DNA of 64,000 bases, from assembly GCA_038831915.1 (NCBI GenBank), contig JAWBKB010000003.1:68662-132661 (forward strand). Reading direction: 5' to 3'. A program made the position numbers and the translations under genes. Shown here piece by piece: positions 56,932-64,000 of the stretch. Source of the stretch: Candidatus Caldarchaeum sp. (GTDB taxonomy: Archaea; Thermoproteota; Nitrososphaeria_A; Caldarchaeales; Caldarchaeaceae). The notes under the pieces are model-generated. The model searched no databases and was not told the DNA's origin. It saw only the letters and a list, made by a program, of their open reading frames with translations. Every line of letters starts with the position of its first letter. Position 1 is the stretch's first letter.

Positions 56932-58482
56932 TTGCTGAAAACCCATTTCAGCTTTGTGGATTTTGAAAAAGCGTTGACTTTCCACGAACTGACCAAGCAC
57001 AGCTATTTCAGCGTGAGGACGGATCTCCACCGCCTCGACTGGGCCAACAAACCACACCCCTTCAAAATCTACGAAAACGCGGAAAAAATTTCACTTCCGA
57101 GAGATTTTCCTAAACCCGAAAAACCCGTTTTCAAATGTTTCACCGCTCAAACAACTTCGAGAAAAAACATCAGCGTCGAAACACTTGCTTCGATTCTTTT
57201 TTTCACAGGCGGGATAACCCGTGTATTCAAATATCCAGACGGTATGCATTATTTTCGAGCGGCTCCAGCCACGGGCGCTCTCTACCCTATCGAGCTTTAC
57301 GTGGTCGTAGGCGACGTCGAAGGCCTTGAACCTGGCGTGTATCACTTTGACCCTAAAACATTCAGCCTAAACGTTTTGAGGAAGGATGATTTCCGAAAGT
57401 TTCTCGCGGAAAACTCTCACCCTGCCGTGACTGAAAGCTCGGCCGTCGTTGTGTTTACGTCGATTGCGTGGAGAAACGCGTGGAAATACCGTGAAAGGTC
57501 TTACCGGCACTGGTTCTGGGATTCAGGCGTAATGGCCGCCAACATGTTCCTCACATGCAACGCGTTTGACGCCCGGTGTTTGTTCGTCGCCGGCTTCGTG
57601 GACAAACAGGTGAACAAACTCTTGGGAATAGATGGAGAGAAGGAAGCAGCGGTCATCGTAGCGCCGATTGGCTTTTCTTCTCTTTCACCGGCTTCTATCG
57701 GAGACGTTGAACCCATCAACTTGGAAACAAGACCTTTGTCACGAAAAGAGATTCATTACCCAGCCATCGCTGAAATCCACGCAGCATCTTCAATAAATTC
57801 AGTCGAGGAGCTTGATGAATGGCGTCGCAGAGCAGAAGCAATCGGTGAATTATCTTTCCCTGAAAAATCCAGGGGTCATAATTTGTCAGTCTTCAAAACG
57901 GAGGGCCCGCCTCTGTGGACGGTCATTCTCCGCCGCGGCTCAACCCGTAAATTCACAAGAACATCGATAAGTTATCAAACGTTTTCCACGATTGTCCACA
58001 TGGGTTCAACAACCCTGCCCACGGATTTCAACGGTCCGCACACCCGATTCTTCGTGATAGTTAATGCCGTGGAAAACATCGAACCCGGAGCATACACCAT
58101 AGCAGACGCGAAACTCTTTCCCGTAAAACGAGGTGAATTCCGCAAGATAAGCGGATACCTCTGCCTCGAGCAGGAGCTGGGAGCCGACGCGGCCGCGGTG
58201 TTCTACATCATGGCGCCGCTGGAAAAAATCCTTCAACGAATGGGGAACAGAGGCTACCGTGTAGCTCAGCTCGAAGGCGGGATAAGAGCGGGATTGATTT
58301 ATCTGGCGGCCTACGGAAGCGGCGTAGGCGCAACCGGTTTGACGTTTTACGACGACGACGTGAAACAGTTTTTCAGCCCGTGTTCAACGGAGTTGGAAAA
58401 CATGATAGTTACGGCGGTTGGAAATCCTGCTTATAGAGCGAAGCCCGGCCGGATAGTATTTGCTGGAAGCGAAAAAATATAG
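56932..58482 (+). CDS. tandem nitroreductase-fold protein (SagB-type dehydrogenase domain family)
   Basis: 516 aa with two nitroreductase-like halves. N-terminal LTKHSYFSVRTDLHRLDWANKPHPFKIY is characteristic of SagB-type proteins. Confidence 0.55.
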   Translation: MLKTHFSFVDFEKALTFHELTKHSYFSVRTDLHRLDWANKPHPFKIYENAEKISLPRDFPKPEKPVFKCFTAQTTSRKNISVETLASILFFTGGITRVFKYPDGMHYFRAAPATGALYPIELYVVVGDVEGLEPGVYHFDPKTFSLNVLRKDDFRKFLAENSHPAVTESSAVVVFTSIAWRNAWKYRERSYRHWFWDSGVMAANMFLTCNAFDARCLFVAGFVDKQVNKLLGIDGEKEAAVIVAPIGFSSLSPASIGDVEPINLETRPLSRKEIHYPAIAEIHAASSINSVEELDEWRRRAEAIGELSFPEKSRGHNLSVFKTEGPPLWTVILRRGSTRKFTRTSISYQTFSTIVHMGSTTLPTDFNGPHTRFFVIVNAVENIEPGAYTIADAKLFPVKRGEFRKISGYLCLEQELGADAAAVFYIMAPLEKILQRMGNRGYRVAQLEGGIRAGLIYLAAYGSGVGATGLTFYDDDVKQFFSPCSTELENMIVTAVGNPAYRAKPGRIVFAGSEKI

Positions 58483-58494
58483 TTGAGATGCGAG

Positions 58495-58569
58495 CTACAA
58501 GTTGTAATTAATGTATGATTTAAACTATGTGGATTATAGTGTCTTTCTGAGAATTGAGGATATATATAT
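58495..58569. promoter_or_regulatory. AT-rich promoter region with TATA-like element upstream of the phoU-like gene
   Basis: tttaaacta...gaggatatatatatatg immediately 5' of the start codon. Confidence 0.3.
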
Positions 58570-59637
58570 ATGACGGCGTTTTTACTGCTTATCGACATGC
58601 CGTACGTAAGAAGAGTACAACGCGTCGGTTCTGGAACTTTGACGGTTTCGCTACCCCGGAAATGGGTGGAAAAATCGGGTCTTAAACCCGGCGACGTAAT
58701 ATCCATCATCGAAATGTCAGATTCCGCCCTCAAGCTCGAAACAAAACCTAACCCGTCAGCTCAACACATGATTCTGACCCTTGACGTTTCGAAGCTAAAG
58801 GATAGGTCTCTTTTAAGCAAGCTCATAATCGGTGCATACCTACAAGGCTATGAAGAAATTAACGTCATCGGCGGTGAAGGAATTCCCGAAGACGTTCAAA
58901 CCGAAATATCGGCTACGGTCGACATGCTGCCCGGCGTTGAAATCGTCGAACAATCACTTCGCCGAGTCGTGATACAGTCTTTCCTAGACCCCAGCAAATT
59001 CCCCGTCCAAGGCATAATCAAACGAATCCAGGTGATGTTGACGATGGGCATCAACACGCTTATCGAAGCTTTGAAAGACGGCAAAAGAGAAGCCCTCGTC
59101 GACATCACGAAGATGGAGACAAAAATCGACGAACTCTATTTCCTCTGCATCCGGCAGATATTTTTCAGCGTCAAGAAAGAGGTTTGGGGTGAGGAAGCTT
59201 CCGACCCCTACATAGGAGCCATCGGAGACAGGCTTGTCGTCCGTGCTTTGGAGGAGATGGCTGATTCGCTTAAGCTGGCAGCCGACGAAGTAAACAAACT
59301 ACTCAACAACAAGCTTTCTCCATCGCTAATAAACAAAATGATAAAACATCTCGAATCGTTGCAGGTGCTTTTCGGAAAAACGATGAAAGCGTTTCTCACC
59401 CTCGACATAATGCTGGCGAACGAAGTCATCGAAACAACAGCCCGAGAATACGGAGAGGAAATGGCGTTCAACGATGTTTTCGGCCATGGTGTAACCGACC
59501 CCAGCACAGCTGTGAGCATCCGCAACTTCATATACAACATCGTCAACTTTGCGAGAAACTGTAAAATCGTTGCAGAAGTTACGATGAACAGATTCGTCCG
59601 AACACCGTCTAAACTCATTACAGTCGAAAAAGTTTAA
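58570..59637 (+). CDS. AbrB/SpoVT-type DNA-binding domain fused to tandem PhoU domains (archaeal phosphate-uptake regulator type)
   Basis: N-terminal swapped-hairpin motif VQRVGSGTLTVSLPRKWVEKSGLKPGDVISI. Two PhoU-like helical repeats follow. Confidence 0.65.
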   Translation: MTAFLLLIDMPYVRRVQRVGSGTLTVSLPRKWVEKSGLKPGDVISIIEMSDSALKLETKPNPSAQHMILTLDVSKLKDRSLLSKLIIGAYLQGYEEINVIGGEGIPEDVQTEISATVDMLPGVEIVEQSLRRVVIQSFLDPSKFPVQGIIKRIQVMLTMGINTLIEALKDGKREALVDITKMETKIDELYFLCIRQIFFSVKKEVWGEEASDPYIGAIGDRLVVRALEEMADSLKLAADEVNKLLNNKLSPSLINKMIKHLESLQVLFGKTMKAFLTLDIMLANEVIETTAREYGEEMAFNDVFGHGVTDPSTAVSIRNFIYNIVNFARNCKIVAEVTMNRFVRTPSKLITVEKV

Positions 59638-60743
59638 ACACGTGTCCTGAAGTTCATCAAACCTCCGACCACGGCGGAAAGACCAAACACAGCTAAGACA
59701 GCTGAAAACCCATAAACATCCATTAACACTCCCGCAACCAAAGGCCCTGTCAAAAACGAAAACCCAATCAAGGCTTCAAACATTCCGATGAAAAAGGCCG
59801 GGTTCTGACAGGCAGTTTTTTCTGAAACAAGGTAGAGCGTTAGGATGTATGCCACCGACACCGCCGCTCCGATAAGAATAAGCAGGATGACGTAGGAAGG
59901 GAAAGACGACGGATACATCGATGTGATGATAAAGGAAAGAGCCGTCGCAGCACTGAGAATAATCAGCAACTGTTTGACATTCCTTGGCTTCATCCGGGAA
60001 AGGCCGAAGCTCGTCAGCATCCGTGAAAGCATTAAAGTGAAGAAAAGAAGGCCTACGTCTAATTCTGTGAACCCTGTTAAAATCAAGTATCCGGGAAAAA
60101 CGCTATAGCTCGCGGCGAGAATCAGGAAGAAAGGTGCGCTATACAGAATTGGAAGAGCTGTTTTCAGGATGTTTCCGTTGTTCGACGTTGTCATCTGAAT
60201 GGTTGAAGGGTTCGCCTTCGCCAGCAGCACAGACGACGATGCGGAAACAATTGCAGCGAGAAGAAATATCTGTTTGAGCCCGAAGACGTATGCGACGAGT
60301 CCGGAGAAGACGCTGCCGAGGAGAAAACCGGCGCTGACCGCTGAAAGAAAGAGGCTGAAGGCTTTGAGGCGGCCTGCTCCGTCGAAAGAATACGAGACGA
60401 TGGATTCTCCGCATGGAAAGAAACAGAACATCGCCACGCCCATCACGAGTTGGGCGGCTAACACCATCGACAAATCGCCGGCGAAATACATCAACATCGA
60501 AACCAAAGCCATCAACAGCCCGGAAACGGGAAGAGGAATATTCCATTTAACGTGGCCGAGAAACACGGCTGTTAACGGCGAAAGCAAAACGTATAAAAAG
60601 TTTCTGACAAACCCCATCAAAAACCCGACATCCGTGAAAGATGCTTCGAGCAGAACGGCTTGGATGGGTGCATTTTGCATCATCGTCATCAGAGAAAAGC
60701 CCATCAACAGAGAGCCGGCCCAAAGCATGCGAATGCTGGCCAA
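59634..60743 (-). CDS. MFS transporter
   Basis: 369 aa, 10-12 TM helices, MFS-like loop motifs. Confidence 0.65.
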   Translation of the reverse strand: MASIRMLWAGSLLMGFSLMTMMQNAPIQAVLLEASFTDVGFLMGFVRNFLYVLLSPLTAVFLGHVKWNIPLPVSGLLMALVSMLMYFAGDLSMVLAAQLVMGVAMFCFFPCGESIVSYSFDGAGRLKAFSLFLSAVSAGFLLGSVFSGLVAYVFGLKQIFLLAAIVSASSSVLLAKANPSTIQMTTSNNGNILKTALPILYSAPFFLILAASYSVFPGYLILTGFTELDVGLLFFTLMLSRMLTSFGLSRMKPRNVKQLLIILSAATALSFIITSMYPSSFPSYVILLILIGAAVSVAYILTLYLVSEKTACQNPAFFIGMFEALIGFSFLTGPLVAGVLMDVYGFSAVLAVFGLSAVVGGLMNFRTRV

Positions 60744-60746
60744 CTG

Positions 60747-61865
60747 CTACACCAGTTTCATGAGTTCGACTGATTTGTGGCCATGACCAGTGACAATCAC
60801 CAACACACTTTTCCCAGACGCAACAATTTCATCAAGCTTCCGACGAACAGCCGCGTAGGCAACAGCTGAAGAAGGCTCGGCGAAAACACCCAGCCAACCC
60901 AGCTGCCGATACGCCTTGACAATTTCATCTTCTGAAACAATTTCGACATCCCCTTTCACAGCCCTCAGCAAATCAATCATCTGCCAAAGCCGCGGCGGGT
61001 TCTTAACCGTCAACGCATCAGCCAAGCTCACGCTGGGAATGTCTTCGGGCGGCATCGCTTTTTTGTAGGCGACGTATAGAGGCGGGTTGGCTTCGGGCTG
61101 TACCGCCACTATTTTCGGAACTTTCTCGACAACCCCTGCTTCAACCATGTCGATGAACCCTTCGATGAGGCCGATGAGTAAAGTTCCAGCAGAAACCGGT
61201 AGGTAGATTTCGTCTGGCGGGTTCCAAGCGGTCTGCTCAGCTATTTCATACGCAGCTGTTTTCATTCCCTCCACGAAGTAGGGGTTCCATGCATGCCCGA
61301 CGTAGACATATCCACGGTTTATCGCTTCTTCCACCGCAGCCGCCGCCACCTGTTCACGGCTGCCTTTCACGACTTTCAGCTCCGCACCATACGCCGTGAT
61401 TTGCAGAGCTTTTTCAGGCACCATGTTTTCGCTTCCGAAAACCACACAGGGCAGACCGACTGCCGCTGAATACGCCGCGAGAGAAGCCCCTGCGTTGCCT
61501 GAGGAATCTTCGCATATTCCAGCTGCGTCCGGCATGATGTTTCGGAGGCTTGTTAGAAGGCCTGCGGAGCCTCTGTCCTTAAAAGACCCTGACGGATTCA
61601 TGTATTCGAGTTTGACATAGATGTTGGGTGTTGACGTTTTAACGAGCGGTGTGTTGCCTTCGCCAAGCGAAACGATGTTTCGCCTCATGCTCGGTGGAAG
61701 AAAATCGACATAACGCCACATCGTTGAAACATCTCTCTTAATAGCGGAAACCGTGAATTCGTTGCTGTATTTGACGACCGCGGGGCCTCCGCATGAAGGA
61801 CATCGATGTTCGCGGAAAGGCTTCACCGCGGCACCACAGAAATAACAGATGACTTCTTCGTCCAA
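60747..61865 (-). CDS. thrC: threonine synthase (PLP-dependent) with N-terminal zinc ribbon
   Basis: PLP Lys motif SGSFKDRG. N-terminal CYFCG...CPSCGG zinc ribbon. Confidence 0.85.
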   Translation of the reverse strand: MDEEVICYFCGAAVKPFREHRCPSCGGPAVVKYSNEFTVSAIKRDVSTMWRYVDFLPPSMRRNIVSLGEGNTPLVKTSTPNIYVKLEYMNPSGSFKDRGSAGLLTSLRNIMPDAAGICEDSSGNAGASLAAYSAAVGLPCVVFGSENMVPEKALQITAYGAELKVVKGSREQVAAAAVEEAINRGYVYVGHAWNPYFVEGMKTAAYEIAEQTAWNPPDEIYLPVSAGTLLIGLIEGFIDMVEAGVVEKVPKIVAVQPEANPPLYVAYKKAMPPEDIPSVSLADALTVKNPPRLWQMIDLLRAVKGDVEIVSEDEIVKAYRQLGWLGVFAEPSSAVAYAAVRRKLDEIVASGKSVLVIVTGHGHKSVELMKLV

Positions 61866-61882
61866 ACTTTTCCCACAAGAAC

Positions 61883-63028
61883 ATGGACAGGCATTATATT
61901 TTCCTTGTTTTCTCGTTTAAATTGCTGTTCAGGCTGGTGTTGCATGTGAAATGGCCTTCGCCGACACGCGTTGCGGTTGCCGCCGCTCTGATTTCATGGG
62001 CGGTGAGCTTCTACATACATCATCCCAACGTCCAAGGCAACATCTATAGCGACGTCACGTCTTTCTGGTGGCGTGAAACAAATCTTCAACGCGGAGAAAT
62101 CCCCTGCATTCAGTATTTTTTCGAATATCCGCCCGCTGCCTGCTTCATAGTTTACGCCGCCCGTCTCTTCGGCGGCGACACCATGGTTGGTTACTATGTG
62201 GGGTTTTCATGGCTCAGCCTGATTGCTTTCGTGGCTGTTGCGTGGGCTATGTCGCGGCTGGCGGGCTACGCGGGAGCCGTTTTCATCCTTCTACCCAGCA
62301 TGATTGTCTACGGTGTGTACAACTTTGACCATTTTTTCACCGCGTTTATGGTTCTCTCACTCCTTGCATACATCAACGGAAAGACAAAACTCGCATACCT
62401 TTTACTCGGCGCCGGCTTCTCGGTTAAGCTTTTCACAATCCTCTTACTGCCCATTTATCTTTCAGAAAACCGTGAACCCAGAAAAATCGTCGAAGGCGTC
62501 TTGTTTTTTGTTTTGGGTGCTTTACCTGCTTCTCTGCCGGTCGTGTTGCTGAATCCGGGATGGATTTTGAGATTTTTGGAATTTCATGCAAGTTGGGGGT
62601 TGGAAAACGCTTGGATGGTGTGGCTTTCGAACGACCCATTTTCACAGTCGGCGAAGACGGTCGGCTATCTCGTTGCCGCTCTGCTTCTCATCAGAACTTA
62701 TTTGTCGAATTTGCCGCTGGCGATGAAAGGGTTTCTCGCGTTGTCCAGCTTTCTGCTCGGCAGCCCAACCTTCACGCCTCAGATGGCGATTTGGCTGATT
62801 CCATTCACAGCAGCTTTGAAAAACGTCTGGCCGTGGCTTCCCCTTTTCGAATCAGCCAACGCAGCCATCATTCTGACATGGTTTACTACTGATACGCCGA
62901 CACTGCCGTGGACGCCTCCCCAATCCATGGCCGTTCTACGAGCTGCTGCTCTCGCGTCGATGTGGATAACGGTATATAGAGCACAAACACCTATAAACTT
63001 CAGGACGTTGAACGTGAAGCAAAGTTGA
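61883..63028 (+). CDS. polytopic membrane protein, probable GT-C-type glycosyltransferase (DUF2029-like)
   Basis: 381 aa with about 10 TM helices. The assignment is tentative. Confidence 0.4.
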   Translation: MDRHYIFLVFSFKLLFRLVLHVKWPSPTRVAVAAALISWAVSFYIHHPNVQGNIYSDVTSFWWRETNLQRGEIPCIQYFFEYPPAACFIVYAARLFGGDTMVGYYVGFSWLSLIAFVAVAWAMSRLAGYAGAVFILLPSMIVYGVYNFDHFFTAFMVLSLLAYINGKTKLAYLLLGAGFSVKLFTILLLPIYLSENREPRKIVEGVLFFVLGALPASLPVVLLNPGWILRFLEFHASWGLENAWMVWLSNDPFSQSAKTVGYLVAALLLIRTYLSNLPLAMKGFLALSSFLLGSPTFTPQMAIWLIPFTAALKNVWPWLPLFESANAAIILTWFTTDTPTLPWTPPQSMAVLRAAALASMWITVYRAQTPINFRTLNVKQS

Positions 63029-63072
63029 GCCGGAAGAACAAGACATTCATCTGGTTTTCGGTGTTTTCCGCG

Positions 63073-64000
63073 ATGTTCACCGCCCAGATGACGATGCCGG
63101 TCATCGGGCTTTATTCCTCCGTGATGCTACGTGCTGACCCTTTCACGGTCGGGCTTATCTACGGCTCAGCAGCCCTAACCGCTTTCGTTTTCCGCATTCC
63201 AGCTGCTTTGATGACTCGCGGCATCGGCGAGAAAAAAACCATGGTTCTCGGGCTCAGCGCCAGCTCTCTCGGCTACATCATCTATGGAATGGCCACGAGG
63301 CCCGATCACATGGTTTTGGGAAGCCTCGTCAGGGGCCTTGGGTCGGCTTTCTTCTTTCCAGCCGCTTTAACCACAATGTATGAAGAAGCAAATGAAGGTA
63401 AGGGCGTGGCTAAGAATCTTGGCTACATGTTGACGGGCCCAGCCATGGGTATGACTCTTGGCCCGGTGTTCGGGGCAGCTTCCCTAACGGTGGGCGGCTA
63501 TCAGCAAACCTTTTACGCAGCAGCGGTCATCTCCATCGCAGCAACAACGCTAACCTCGCTAACCGAGGAACATCACAGAGAAAACGGCCAAACATCTTTC
63601 ACGGTTTTGAAAAACCCGAGGTTCGTCTCCATCCTTGTTTCCAGGCTTTTCATCAACTACGTCACCGGTACAATTGCAGCCTTCCTCCCCCTCATGGCCA
63701 ACCAAGTACTCGGATACAGCGAAGCCGTAGTTCTTCTCCTTTTCACCGCAGCTGCTTTCACAAACCTTCTTTCACGTGTTTTGATGGGCTCAGCCGCCGC
63801 GAAAATAGGGCCCGGCAACTACGTCGCCCTCGGCTCATTCATCGTTTCGGTCGCAGCCATTTTACTGATATTCGCGAATGAAGGATTGACATGGACGAGC
63901 ATGATTATCTACGGGTTCGGAATGGGAGTATTCGTTCTCGGCAGCGTCTACGTCGGCGGGATGATCATTCCGTCTTCGATGAGAACCGTTGGTTTCGCCT
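63073..64000 (+). CDS. MFS transporter (3'-partial, runs off window end)
   Basis: Open frame from ATG 63073 (possible TTG 63025) to the window end, hydrophobic throughout. Not in the ORF track because it has no stop. Confidence 0.55.
   Translation, partial: MFTAQMTMPVIGLYSSVMLRADPFTVGLIYGSAALTAFVFRIPAALMTRGIGEKKTMVLGLSASSLGYIIYGMATRPDHMVLGSLVRGLGSAFFFPAALTTMYEEANEGKGVAKNLGYMLTGPAMGMTLGPVFGAASLTVGGYQQTFYAAAVISIAATTLTSLTEEHHRENGQTSFTVLKNPRFVSILVSRLFINYVTGTIAAFLPLMANQVLGYSEAVVLLLFTAAAFTNLLSRVLMGSAAAKIGPGNYVALGSFIVSVAAILLIFANEGLTWTSMIIYGFGMGVFVLGSVYVGGMIIPSSMRTVGFA

Overview
This window looks like an archaeal chromosome (likely a thermophile). The evidence is a tungsten aldehyde:ferredoxin oxidoreductase (AOR), a cupin-type glucose-6-phosphate isomerase, a TtuA-like tRNA thiolase, a MoeA fused to a periplasmic-binding-protein-like (PBP-like) domain, an AbrB-PhoU regulator, a MoaD/E1 pair and AT-rich TATA-like promoters. 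Most genes are housekeeping or metabolic.

Main blocks, in order:

- 2.1-8.0 kb: a Tat-exported formate dehydrogenase-like operon (catalytic, 4Fe-4S and NrfD-anchor subunits on the minus strand) with a divergent fdhE-like gene.
- 8.9-15 kb: a molybdenum-cofactor and sulfur-relay cluster (rhodanese, two moeA paralogs, fdhD, ttuA-like).
- 15-17.4 kb: site-2 protease and an MscS mechanosensitive channel.
- 17.4-20.4 kb: a patch of decayed genes (ABC permease remnant, alcohol-dehydrogenase remnant, cupin isomerase with an in-frame TAA, 2-hydroxyacid dehydrogenase with a frameshift plus TAG).
- 20.4-28.7 kb: alcohol dehydrogenase, aspartate kinase, homoserine dehydrogenase, two TenA-like genes, PspC, and a B12-binding radical SAM protein.
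- 28.8-33.8 kb: a defence-island-like region around a tRNA-Cys gene. It holds a Toprim-like protein (possibly RloB-like) next to a broken AAA/ABC-type ATPase, a membrane winged-helix regulator, then a lower-GC HTH-fused methyltransferase translationally coupled to an unknown gene.
- 35.3-37.2 kb: a multiply disrupted AOR gene.
- 37.2-38.3 kb: MoaD-like (ending GG-CF) plus E1-like.
- 38.3-39.2 kb: a coiled-coil protein with six 14-aa tandem repeats.
- 39.3-41 kb: a FAD oxidoreductase interrupted by an in-frame TAG.
- 41.7-45 kb: a 907-aa glycoprotein-like surface protein plus signal peptidase I.
- 45-64 kb: glyoxalase/VOC-family dioxygenase, endonuclease IV, C-N hydrolase, two DUF72 genes, eIF-2B-like, a frameshifted ArsB/CitMHS permease, an orphan oxidase subunit III, a frameshifted MarC, aldehyde dehydrogenase, SagB-type nitroreductase, PhoU, MFS transporters, and threonine synthase.

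The most striking signal is the density of disrupted genes. Four have in-frame nonsense codons and about seven have homopolymer-associated frameshifts. The other main candidates for something new are the tRNA-adjacent methyltransferase island and the MoaD-GG-CF/E1 pair. No CRISPR array, integrase or transposase was recognised.
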